NCBI GenBank assembly: GCA_023390245.1
Contig: JAEWDF010000080.1
Coordinates: forward strand, 7,182-71,181
Reading direction: 5' to 3'
Source: Pseudomonadota bacterium
GTDB taxonomy: Bacteria > Pseudomonadota > Alphaproteobacteria > Caulobacterales > Caulobacteraceae
DNA: 64,000 nucleotides
Shown here: one piece after another, positions 35,891 to 44,708 of the stretch
Numbering within the stretch: the first letter of the stretch is position 1
Layout of the letters: each line of letters begins with the position of its first letter
Notes under the pieces: generated by a model
Databases searched by the model: none
What the model saw: the letters and a program-made list of their open reading frames with translations, nothing else
What the model was told of the DNA's origin: nothing
Position numbers and translations under genes: made by a program

Positions 35891-37351
35891 TCAAGCAGGA
35901 AGGTGTCCCGGCACATCCTGCGCCGCCAGGTTTTCGACCTCGCGGAGAAGACGAAGGATCAACCTGTCCCTTGGTCTGTATCCGAGAAGAATCCTGGCGA
36001 TACGATCAAAATGATAGGATCGACCGGCGTGATAGTAATCCAGCGCCTTGGTATAGCCGTACCAGATCATCTCCCCGTCATTGGTCACAGCCATGTTCGG
36101 CGTATCGGAAAAGGTCTCAAAGTCCGATCGGGGTACGCGCCAATCTCCGTAATTTTCTTCCAGATACCGGTCGACGTCGACCGGCGCCTTGAAGGATCCA
36201 CCGAGAAAGGATCGGTCCTCCAACGCGAACGGCGTATTCCACCACTTGCTCTTCAGACCTTCGTGCAAAATAAGTCCGCCCTCGTTCCTGTGCCAGAACA
36301 CATCGATCAGAACGCCATTGGCGTGTTGGAGCCTCAGAAGCGCTCCATTGCGATACGGCTTTCTTGAAAAGCATCCCCATGACACGAGCGCCGCCTCGAT
36401 ATGTCGCCGCTCCTCCGGCCCCGCGTCCAGGACGCCGACATCGATGTCCTTGTCATGCGGGAGGATGCCGCCTTCACGAACACAGCCCAGCAGCGTCCCG
36501 CTGATGAGGAAAAACTCCGCGCCGATCGAATGGAAGGCCGCCTGCATGTCAAACAAGGCCTGCTTGGCGGCCTCGACCCAGCTTCGGCTATCGACCGTCT
36601 TCTTGGGCTTCGCGCCGAAGGGTCTCAGTTCAAGACCCAGCAGCAGCCGCCGCCGGGCGGCGTCCTCGGCGGCGTCGTAGGCTTCCATTTCCCGACAGCA
36701 CCAGGAGTAGTGGTGCAACGCCATGAGGCCTTGATAGCTCACGCTTCCCATCAAGCCAGACAAGGCCGCCGCGAGCCAATTCAGATCGTCCGGGCACGCG
36801 ATGGTTTGCCGCAGGGCGATCATGTCGGCGTTGTCCCACGTCTGCGGAGGCCCGATCTGGTCCAGCAGCATCGCCCGGGCTTCCTGGGTCCTGCCCGCAA
36901 GACACAGTACGTCACAAAGGGCATGCGACAGGCGTTGCACCCTCGCAGCACGACCGGCGCCGTGAGGGACGAGGACGATCGCTTCCCGCAAAGCGATCTC
37001 GGCCTCCTCAAGCCGGTTCTCGAAATAGAACAGGCGCGCGGCCGACAGACGGCTGGTCCAGTCCCGCCCGAACCGGCTTTCATTGCCCTTGAGTCGGAGG
37101 CGCGCCTGATCGGCCCGACCAAGGCGAAGCAGCGCGTTTGGCCGCCATCTTCGCATCTCGATCAATCTCGGCTCGATCAGGTCCGAGGGAAGGTTCCAGT
37201 CTTCCAACTCATCGACGATCTGGAGAGCCCGAGCGAGTTGCCCTCTATCGCCGGCGCGCCGCCAGGCCGCATAGCGATCTGCAATCCAGGCCGCCCGGAT
37301 CAGCATTCCAGACGAACTGTCGCCGCCAAGGCTGAACGGACGGCTCGTCAA
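35891..37351 (-). CDS. TPR-like N-terminal domain fused to a LicD-family phosphotransferase domain
   Basis: The C-terminal half has FFLISGTLLGCVREGGILPHDKDIDVGV, which matches the LicD signature GTLLGxxRxxxxIPxDxDIDV. The N-terminal ~250 aa are helical-repeat-like. The start overlaps the upstream stop (ATGA). Confidence 0.75.
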   Translation of the reverse strand: MTSRPFSLGGDSSSGMLIRAAWIADRYAAWRRAGDRGQLARALQIVDELEDWNLPSDLIEPRLIEMRRWRPNALLRLGRADQARLRLKGNESRFGRDWTSRLSAARLFYFENRLEEAEIALREAIVLVPHGAGRAARVQRLSHALCDVLCLAGRTQEARAMLLDQIGPPQTWDNADMIALRQTIACPDDLNWLAAALSGLMGSVSYQGLMALHHYSWCCREMEAYDAAEDAARRRLLLGLELRPFGAKPKKTVDSRSWVEAAKQALFDMQAAFHSIGAEFFLISGTLLGCVREGGILPHDKDIDVGVLDAGPEERRHIEAALVSWGCFSRKPYRNGALLRLQHANGVLIDVFWHRNEGGLILHEGLKSKWWNTPFALEDRSFLGGSFKAPVDVDRYLEENYGDWRVPRSDFETFSDTPNMAVTNDGEMIWYGYTKALDYYHAGRSYHFDRIARILLGYRPRDRLILRLLREVENLAAQDVPGHLPA

Positions 37352-38619
37352 AGCGTAAAACCACGGTGGCTTAACCAGGTTCGGGAGTCGTCATCCATGT
37401 CGACCTGATCGACCGCCTTGAAAGCCAGGTCGTACAGCGCTCTTTCCCGATCGGCCGCGTCGCTCGACGCGATATCGGGCGACATCAGCACCGATCTGAG
37501 CTCCACGAGATCGCCGGCTTCGAACTCGCTGCGAACACCCAACCGTCGGGCCGCGACGGCGGCGGCCAGTGCGTCGGTCAGGGAGTACCCCCTGAGACAG
37601 GCAACATTCCGTCCTCTCGCATGGCGCACCAGTTGTTCCGCCAGGCGGACCACGCACGCGGAATCGACGGGATCGAAGGGCTCGACCACACGAAGGTTGG
37701 ATGCATCGGTCCCGGGGGCAGGCACGAGGGCCATGAAGATCTCCGAGCCGGAATCACCGCTGGTCAGCCTACTGAACAGACATTCCCGGCCTTGAGCGTC
37801 GACATTCTGTGCGACATGAAAGACGACGCCGCTCGCGCGGTCCGCCGTCGCATAATGGAGCAAGGCCTTGCTGGCCCACTCCAGCAAATCCCGACGGCTC
37901 TGCGCCTGTTTCACCCCTGGCGTATCGGCGAGCCCGGCAAGCACCAGCGCCTCGCGATCGCGCCCCGCCCGTAGTCGCCCCTCCGCCAAGGCCGTAGCCA
38001 GACGACGATCCTGATTGGTCAGGACAAAATGTTCCAGAACGGCTTCGCCGAACATGTCCTGTTCAAGGTGAAGAGGACCGCCTCTTTTCTCGACGGCCCG
38101 GCCAAATCGCAGAACGGCGGCCATGAGCCGCCGGCTTTCCGCCCACGAACTCAGGTCGGCGCCGAGGCGCTCCTCACCGCCGAGCGGGCGCATCATCACA
38201 TCGCGGACGGCATGACTGGCGTTATCGGTTGCGGTCACCGATCTGAATTCGACTTCGACGACCTCCGTTCCATCCGGCGGTCGCATAACCAGGCGGAAGG
38301 CGTCCTCGATGCGCGAATCGAAGGGATGGACATAGGCCTCTCCCGATTTCGAGATGCGCAGCGCCTTGCCCGGAGCCGAGAGGGATAGACCGCTCCTGTC
38401 GAGGAACCTCACCGCAGCAATCACGTCTCGCGACGAGCCATGGCTGGCGGACAACAATTCGCAGGAAAGCTCGATGTTCGCCGCGTCAACCGGCAAGCGC
38501 CAGCGCTCGATGTACGGAGATCTGGAGATCACGCGCCAGTCCGGCGTCACCTGCAGCGGTTTGAAACGCTGCAACCGACGCCAGCGTGCGATTCGCCGTC
38601 GAAAACTCGTCTCTGCCAT
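37348..38619 (-). CDS. Hypothetical protein (423 aa), first gene of the minus-strand operon
   Basis: ORF track entry. Its composition matches its neighbours. It is translationally coupled to the TPR-LicD gene. No recognisable motif. Confidence 0.6.
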   Translation of the reverse strand: MAETSFRRRIARWRRLQRFKPLQVTPDWRVISRSPYIERWRLPVDAANIELSCELLSASHGSSRDVIAAVRFLDRSGLSLSAPGKALRISKSGEAYVHPFDSRIEDAFRLVMRPPDGTEVVEVEFRSVTATDNASHAVRDVMMRPLGGEERLGADLSSWAESRRLMAAVLRFGRAVEKRGGPLHLEQDMFGEAVLEHFVLTNQDRRLATALAEGRLRAGRDREALVLAGLADTPGVKQAQSRRDLLEWASKALLHYATADRASGVVFHVAQNVDAQGRECLFSRLTSGDSGSEIFMALVPAPGTDASNLRVVEPFDPVDSACVVRLAEQLVRHARGRNVACLRGYSLTDALAAAVAARRLGVRSEFEAGDLVELRSVLMSPDIASSDAADRERALYDLAFKAVDQVDMDDDSRTWLSHRGFTL

Positions 38620-38765
38620 GAGAGATGGCTTATCAACAAAAGCACGAAACTGTCACCGAAAGAGGTGATTTCGATTTGGCGTCACGCCTTGGGAAGAATT
38701 CCCGCTGTTGACACTCAAATGGCGGACGGCGATAGCCCGCCGCTCGAAACGACGAGATCGACCGA

Positions 38766-40313
38766 TTGGCCCGACAAACCGCCCGCACAGCTCTGTGCGG
38801 AAACTATGGACGGCCCGAAGCCGAAGTCGCAGCGATCCTGTCGGAAGGCTGGCGCGCGCGCCCTGATACACCCAGAGTACATCTGCCGGGCTCGACCGAC
38901 GATTGGGAAAGCGATCCCTTCTCGGATCGCAATTGGACCTTTCAACTGCACGCATGGCGGCCGATGGCTCCGATGGTCGTGGCTCATGAAACGAGCGGCG
39001 GCGCTCGCTACCTTGAGGCGGCCGCCGCATTGGCTCTCTCCTGGAAATCCGCCGAGACGGTCAATGCCGGCAAGGATTTCGGCCTGTATTGGAACGACAT
39101 GGGATCGGGCATCCGGGCCTCGAAGCTCGCCTATCTCCTGCAGCACGGCCGGGCGGCGCGACTTCCGCAACAGGATCTGGCGGCTCTTCAGGCCCTGGCG
39201 CAGCAGCATCTCGATCGCCTCGGCGACCCGGCCTTCCTCGGCCAGTCCAACCACGCCTTCTTCCAGATTCACGGGCTCAGGGCCCTTTCGCTCGCAGCGC
39301 CGGAACTGGAGGGCGCCGCGGCCGCCCACGCCTACGCCGGCAAGGCCCTCCTGGCCCTGCTGAAGCAGCAGTTCGGTGAGGAAGGCGTGCACCTGGAACA
39401 CTCGCCCGGCTACCATGTCTTCGCCCTGCGTACGCTCCGACGCATGCTAGCGACGGGCTTCTACGAGGATCTCCCCGACGCCTTCGCCGTCCTGAAGCGC
39501 GCACGGCGCCTGGCGACATGGCTGACCTTCCCCGATGGCATGGCGGCGGCCTTCGGCGACACCGACCGGGACGCCCGGCGGTTGACGTACCGGCCCGCCA
39601 AGCGCGCGGCCCGACTGTTCCGCGAGGCCGGCTACGCCGTCGTCCGCGCGCCGGCGTCCGCGCCGCACGGCCCGGCGGTGCTGATGGTGGCGGCGGGGCA
39701 CCACAGCAACGTCCACAAGCACGCCGACGACCTGTCGTTCGAACTCTACGATCGCGGCCGTCACTGGATCGTGGACACCGGCAAATACTCCTATTCCAAG
39801 GCCGACTGGCGCGCGTATACCGATAGCGCGCGTGCGCACAACACGGTGGAATACGATCCGGCCAGTCCCGGCAACGGGGTCCGGCGCACGCCCCCGGCCG
39901 GCGGCATGCTGCACGCCCTGCGCCAGCAGGGCGACGCCTGGATCATCGAAGGGCGGGTGGAACGCCCGGTCGTCGGCGCCGCTCATGCCCGGCGCTTCAC
40001 CTATCGCCCCGGGGAAAGCCTGCTCATCGAAGACCTGTTGACCTTCGACGACGCGCGCGACGCTGTCGCCTGGCTTCACCTGCCGCCTGATCTGGAGGCC
40101 GAGCAGACCTCGGGCGGCTGGCGCTTTCCCGGAGGCCGCATTCTCTATGCCAGTGACGTCCCTCTGACCCTGATTCGCGCGCGCGGCGCGACCGAACCGG
40201 AAATCCAGGGCTGGCTGGCGGAGGGCTACCACCGCATCACGCCCAACGACGCCCTAGGGGCGCGCTTCCATGGACGGCGGATTCGCCTCTCGACCAGCCT
40301 CGTCTTCGACTGA
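38766..40313 (+). CDS. Heparinase II/III-family protein (polysaccharide lyase or uronate epimerase fold)
   Basis: HKHADDLSFELYDRGRHWIVDTGKYSY...ARAHNTVEYD is typical of the Hepar_II_III domain. The N-terminal alpha/alpha-toroid-like region has FQLHAWR. Confidence 0.75.
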   Translation: MARQTARTALCGNYGRPEAEVAAILSEGWRARPDTPRVHLPGSTDDWESDPFSDRNWTFQLHAWRPMAPMVVAHETSGGARYLEAAAALALSWKSAETVNAGKDFGLYWNDMGSGIRASKLAYLLQHGRAARLPQQDLAALQALAQQHLDRLGDPAFLGQSNHAFFQIHGLRALSLAAPELEGAAAAHAYAGKALLALLKQQFGEEGVHLEHSPGYHVFALRTLRRMLATGFYEDLPDAFAVLKRARRLATWLTFPDGMAAAFGDTDRDARRLTYRPAKRAARLFREAGYAVVRAPASAPHGPAVLMVAAGHHSNVHKHADDLSFELYDRGRHWIVDTGKYSYSKADWRAYTDSARAHNTVEYDPASPGNGVRRTPPAGGMLHALRQQGDAWIIEGRVERPVVGAAHARRFTYRPGESLLIEDLLTFDDARDAVAWLHLPPDLEAEQTSGGWRFPGGRILYASDVPLTLIRARGATEPEIQGWLAEGYHRITPNDALGARFHGRRIRLSTSLVFD

Positions 40314-40385
40314 CGCGCTTGCGCGGCGCGCGCGGCCGGTGCATTGAAACGGCATGGTCACGAAGGGCGCGACGGCGCTGGTTGA

Positions 40386-41261
40386 ATGAGCCTGACGCCC
40401 TTTCCCTTGAATCGAGGCCGCCGCGGGCCGGATTGGCGCGCCTTCGGCGAACGACTTGACCGCAATCCGACGTGGCGGGCCGCCCGGATCAGCGCCACGA
40501 CCATCTACGCCCTGCTGCTGCGCGAGGCCGTCACGCGGTACGGCCGTCGTTCCGCGGGATACGTCTGGTCGCTGATCGAGCCTCTTCTCCAGCTTACCGT
40601 CATGCTGACCGTGTTCGGCTTCATCGGACGATCGCCGGCCGTAGGCGAAAGTCTCGTCGTCTTCTTCATCACCGGCATCATGCCGCTGATGAGCTTCCGC
40701 AATGCGATCAACCGCGGCGCGCGCGCGATCACGAGCAACCGATCGCTGATGAACTATCCGCAAGTGCGCGCCTTCGAGATCATTACCGCGCGCGTGCTGC
40801 TCGAATTGCTCACCTCCGCGATGGTCGTGTTCATCATCGCGCTTTTCACGAAGGCCTTCTTCGCCCTGCCCTTCACGGCCTGGGTTGACAATCCTCTGGA
40901 ACTCGAAGGGGCGCTGCTGGTGCTGGCGCTGCTCTGTTACGGCGCCGGTTTCCTCAGCGCCCAGATCGGCCGCTTCTTCAATCAATGGAGCGATCTCACG
41001 CGCGCTCTCGGACGCTTGCTCTTCTTCACGTCCGGCGTCTGGTATACGCTCGATACCCTGCCGGCCGGACTGCGCAAATATGTCGCCTACAATCCTCTGG
41101 CCCAGGTCATCGAATGGATTCGCGACGCCGCCATTCCAGGCTTCGAGAGCCAGCACGTCAGCGCCTTCTATCCCATTGCCTTCGCCGTGGTCTGTTTGGT
41201 CATCGGCCTGTTCATCGAGTGGCTGTTCCAGTTCACCGGTCTCGAATTGGAGCGAGGCTGA
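40386..41261 (+). CDS. kpsM: Capsule polysaccharide ABC transporter permease (ABC-2 type)
   Basis: TTIYALLLREAVTRYGRRSAGYVWSLIEPLLQ is the ABC-2 N-terminal signature. There are six hydrophobic segments. The stop overlaps the kpsT ATG. Confidence 0.88.
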   Translation: MSLTPFPLNRGRRGPDWRAFGERLDRNPTWRAARISATTIYALLLREAVTRYGRRSAGYVWSLIEPLLQLTVMLTVFGFIGRSPAVGESLVVFFITGIMPLMSFRNAINRGARAITSNRSLMNYPQVRAFEIITARVLLELLTSAMVVFIIALFTKAFFALPFTAWVDNPLELEGALLVLALLCYGAGFLSAQIGRFFNQWSDLTRALGRLLFFTSGVWYTLDTLPAGLRKYVAYNPLAQVIEWIRDAAIPGFESQHVSAFYPIAFAVVCLVIGLFIEWLFQFTGLELERG

Positions 41262-41929
41262 TGATCGAACTGCGCGGCGTCCAGAAGTCCTATCGCACCA
41301 AGTATGGCTGGCGACCGGTCATCCGGCCGACGAACCTGGTGTTCTATCGCGGCTCGAACACGGCGGTCCTCGGCCTCAACGGGGCGGGCAAGTCGACGTT
41401 GATGCGGCTGATCGGCGGCGTGGAGCGGCCGGACAGGGGCAAGGTCGTGCGTAACGTCACCGTCTCGTCGCCCATGGGCGTGACTGGCGGGTTCAGCGGC
41501 AATCTGACCGGCGCCGAGAACCTGAAGTTCATCTGCCGAATCTACAATCTGGATATCCGCGAGACGACCGAGTTCGTGCGGGATTTCTCCGAGCTCGGCC
41601 CCTACTTCTATGAGCCGATATCGAGCTATTCGTCGGGGATGAAGGCCCGTCTGATGTTCGGGCTCAACATGGCCATCGACTTTCAGGTCTATCTCATCGA
41701 TGAAGGTCTCAGCGTCGGCGACGCCGCCTTCCGCCGCAAGTGTCAGGAAGCGTTCGCCGAGCGCCGCTCGCGTTCAGACCTGATCATGACCTCGCACAGC
41801 ATGTCGACCATCCGTGAATTCTGCACCAGCGCGGTGGTCGTGGACGAAGGCCAGGTGGTGCCGTTCCAGGATCTGGACGCAGCCGAGGAATACTACATGG
41901 AAGTTCTCGCCCGGAGGTCGGTCCAGTGA
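41261..41929 (+). CDS. kpsT: Capsule polysaccharide ABC transporter ATP-binding protein
   Basis: Walker A is GLNGAGKST, the signature motif is YSSGMKARL, and Walker B is VYLIDEGLSVGD. The start is at MIELRGVQKSY inside track ORF 40985-41929. Confidence 0.9.
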   Translation: MIELRGVQKSYRTKYGWRPVIRPTNLVFYRGSNTAVLGLNGAGKSTLMRLIGGVERPDRGKVVRNVTVSSPMGVTGGFSGNLTGAENLKFICRIYNLDIRETTEFVRDFSELGPYFYEPISSYSSGMKARLMFGLNMAIDFQVYLIDEGLSVGDAAFRRKCQEAFAERRSRSDLIMTSHSMSTIREFCTSAVVVDEGQVVPFQDLDAAEEYYMEVLARRSVQ

Positions 41930-43062
41930 CCTCTCTCGATGTCTCGGCCAGCGCCTCGCGCAACCAGGACCTTATCCGGCGGGCGCGCCTGATCCGGTCG
42001 GCCATCGTGCTGATCCTGGGCCCGACGCTGCTATACGCGATCTATCTGCTGGTGATCGCGCCGCCGCAGTACCACTCCGAAGGGGCGTTCGCTGTCCGGG
42101 GATCGCAGACGTCGTCGTTCGACGCGTTGAGCGCCCTCGGCATTTCCGCTCCGAGTTCGAATCAGGCCGACGCCCGCATCGTCGAAAACTACATCCGTTC
42201 CGATGCCGTCGTTCAGGCCCTTCGCGAGCGCTATGGCTTCAACGAGGCTTTCGACAAGGTCAGCCTTGATCCCACCGCCTATCTGTCGCCCAAGGCCACG
42301 CTAAGGCAGGCCCGCGAGTACTGGCGCCACAAGGTCGATGTCATACCCGATCCCGCGACGGCCGGAGCTACGGTGCGCGTCAGCGCCTTCACGCCCGAGG
42401 ATTCGATCCGCCTCGCGCGCGGCGTGCTGCAACTTAGCGAGGAACTGGCCAACTCCCTGCCGGATCGCGCGCTCGGCGACCTCATCCGGGCGGCGGACGC
42501 GAATGTCCAAGACAAGCAAGCCGCCTACGAAAAGGCCAGCGAGGCCCTGACCGAATATCAGGGTCGGCAGTATTCCGGTCTGCAAGCCGCGACCCCCGCC
42601 CAACAGGCTATCGCCCTGGTCGGGCAGTTGGAAGGGCAACTGGCGCAGAAGCGGGCCGACCTCGCCACCGCTCGCCAGACCTACCAGGCCAGCGCGCCCC
42701 AACTGACCGGCATCGAGCGCGAGATCGTCGCCTTGGAGGCGGAGCGTGATCGCGCCGTCCAGCGCGCCATGCAGGCTCCAGGTGAGCGGGCGGCCGCTGG
42801 CGAGATCGAGGCTCAGGGTCTGATGGTCGATTATCAAGTGGCTCAGCAGGCCTATCAGGCCGCCGTCCAGGCCGCCGACCAGGCGCGCCGCCAGGAAGTG
42901 CTCGATCGCAAGTACGTAGTGTCCTACATCCCGCCGCAGCAGCCGCAGTCATCGGACTGGTGGCCGCGACTGGCAAATATTCTCGCCGTCCTCATCGGCG
43001 CTGCGCTGATATGGAGCATCGGCGCCCTCGTCTATTCGATCATCCGGGACCACGTCGAATGA
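41926..43062 (+). CDS. kpsE: Capsule export inner-membrane adaptor (polysaccharide co-polymerase, KpsE/CtrB type)
   Basis: It has N- and C-terminal transmembrane segments, a long coiled-coil middle, and the early motif PQYHSEGAFAVRG. It lies between kpsT and kpsD. Confidence 0.8.
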   Translation: MTSLDVSASASRNQDLIRRARLIRSAIVLILGPTLLYAIYLLVIAPPQYHSEGAFAVRGSQTSSFDALSALGISAPSSNQADARIVENYIRSDAVVQALRERYGFNEAFDKVSLDPTAYLSPKATLRQAREYWRHKVDVIPDPATAGATVRVSAFTPEDSIRLARGVLQLSEELANSLPDRALGDLIRAADANVQDKQAAYEKASEALTEYQGRQYSGLQAATPAQQAIALVGQLEGQLAQKRADLATARQTYQASAPQLTGIEREIVALEAERDRAVQRAMQAPGERAAAGEIEAQGLMVDYQVAQQAYQAAVQAADQARRQEVLDRKYVVSYIPPQQPQSSDWWPRLANILAVLIGAALIWSIGALVYSIIRDHVE

Positions 43063-44708
43063 GCGCACGCATCCTATTCGCGGCGGCCGCCTGCATCTGC
43101 TGGGTCGGCGCCAACCCGGCGCTGGCGCAACAGGGCGCCCTGGCGCCTACGCCGACCGAGGCGGGTTTCCAGGCCCCGATGGGACCCGAGACACTGGTTC
43201 TGGAGCAGCGCGCCGGCACCCGGCCCCCGCCGCTCGGAGCCGAGATGTTCAGCGCGCCTGTCTTGGGCTCCGCGCGCGATTCCGACGCACTGGTCGACCC
43301 CAGCCATATCCTGCGCCCCGGAGACCGTGTCCGCGTCACGCTGTGGGGCATGGTCAACGAGAACCAGGAACTGACCATCGATCCGCAGGGCAATGTGGTG
43401 GTCCCCGGCGTCGGCCCCGTGCATCTGGACGGCGTTCCCGCCGGTCAGGCGCCCCAGGTGATCGAGGCGGCAAGCCGCCGCGTCTACAGCAGCGGCGTCC
43501 AGATCTACGCCACCGCCACGGGCGCCGCACCGACCCAGGTGCTGGTGACCGGCGCGGTCCAGAGGCCCGGCGCCTATGAGGGCGCATCCGACGACGCTCT
43601 GGTTCGCTATCTGCAGAAGGCCGGCGGAGTCGATTCCGAACGCGGCAGCTACCGGCGCGTCCGCATCATCCGATCCGGCCAGACCCTCGCATCAGCCGAC
43701 CTCTACGACTTCCTGCGGAGCGGAGTGTCGCCGGCGATATCGTTCCGGAACGGCGACGCCATCGTCGTCGAGGAACAGGGCCCCGCCGTCGCCGTCACCG
43801 GCGACGTTCGCGCCGCCTATTCGTTCGAATTGGCCGCTCAGGGCGGGACCGGCGGCGAGATCATGCGCTACGCCCGCCCGCGGCCCGGCGCCACGCACGC
43901 CGCCATTGTGGGTTTCCGCAACGGCCAACCCTTCTCCGCCTACCTGCCGCTCGCCGACTTCGCGACCTTCGCGCTTCAGGACGGCGACCGGGTGCAGTTC
44001 GAATCGGACGCCCAGGCCGTCGACATGCTGATCCGGGTGGACGGCGCCCATGAAGGAGCCTCGGTGTTCAGCGTGCCGCGCGGGACCACCGTCGGCGCGG
44101 TGCTGGCCAGCGTGGCTGTCGACGCGGACGCCGACTGGGAATCCGTCCATCTGCGCCGCGACAGCGTGCGCCAGACCCAGAAGGTGCTGCTGAACGAGAG
44201 CTTGGACCGGCTGGAGCGCACGATCCTGCTCAGCCCGGCCCGGTCGCCGTCCGAGGCCCAGGCGCGCAGCGCCTCGGCCCAATTCGCCGCCCAGTACATC
44301 GCCGCGGCTCGCCAGGTGGAGCCCCTGGGCGTCCTGGCCCTGAACGGGCGTGACCCGAACACCGTGTTGCTGGAGACCGGCGACGTCATCGTCATCCCGC
44401 GCCGGTCGCAGGTCGTCAGCATCGCCGGCGAGGTCCAGGCGCCCCAGTCGGTGCTGGCCAGCGGCCCGGCCCGCGCCTCCAGCTACATCGATCTGGCCGG
44501 CGGCTTCACCCGCCGCGCCGACCGCCGCAACGTCCTGGTCTATCGCCAGGATGGCCAGCTTCGCGAGGGCGCGGTCCAGCCGGGCGACCGGATCCTGGTC
44601 CAGGCCAAGCCGGATTCGACCCTGCTGCCGTTCATCCGCGACCTGACCCAGACCATCTTCCAGATGGCCGGCGTCCTGGTGGCGATCGATCGCTTCAGCA
44701 ACGACTGA
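43059..44708 (+). CDS. kpsD: Outer-membrane/periplasmic polysaccharide export protein (OPX family, KpsD/Wza-like)
   Basis: The signal peptide is MSARILFAAAACICWVGANPALAQ. The Poly_export motif is LRPGDRVRVTLWG. There are repeated SLBB-like segments (GDVIVIP, GDRILV). Confidence 0.85.
   Translation: MSARILFAAAACICWVGANPALAQQGALAPTPTEAGFQAPMGPETLVLEQRAGTRPPPLGAEMFSAPVLGSARDSDALVDPSHILRPGDRVRVTLWGMVNENQELTIDPQGNVVVPGVGPVHLDGVPAGQAPQVIEAASRRVYSSGVQIYATATGAAPTQVLVTGAVQRPGAYEGASDDALVRYLQKAGGVDSERGSYRRVRIIRSGQTLASADLYDFLRSGVSPAISFRNGDAIVVEEQGPAVAVTGDVRAAYSFELAAQGGTGGEIMRYARPRPGATHAAIVGFRNGQPFSAYLPLADFATFALQDGDRVQFESDAQAVDMLIRVDGAHEGASVFSVPRGTTVGAVLASVAVDADADWESVHLRRDSVRQTQKVLLNESLDRLERTILLSPARSPSEAQARSASAQFAAQYIAAARQVEPLGVLALNGRDPNTVLLETGDVIVIPRRSQVVSIAGEVQAPQSVLASGPARASSYIDLAGGFTRRADRRNVLVYRQDGQLREGAVQPGDRILVQAKPDSTLLPFIRDLTQTIFQMAGVLVAIDRFSND

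Noticed and set aside
37348-38619. The 423-aa orphan (and the 569-aa orphan at 29910-31619) as the missing KpsS or KpsC
   Set aside because: I could find none of the sequence patterns I associate with KpsS/KpsC (Capsule_synth) proteins. The assignment would be a pure guess, so both remain hypothetical.
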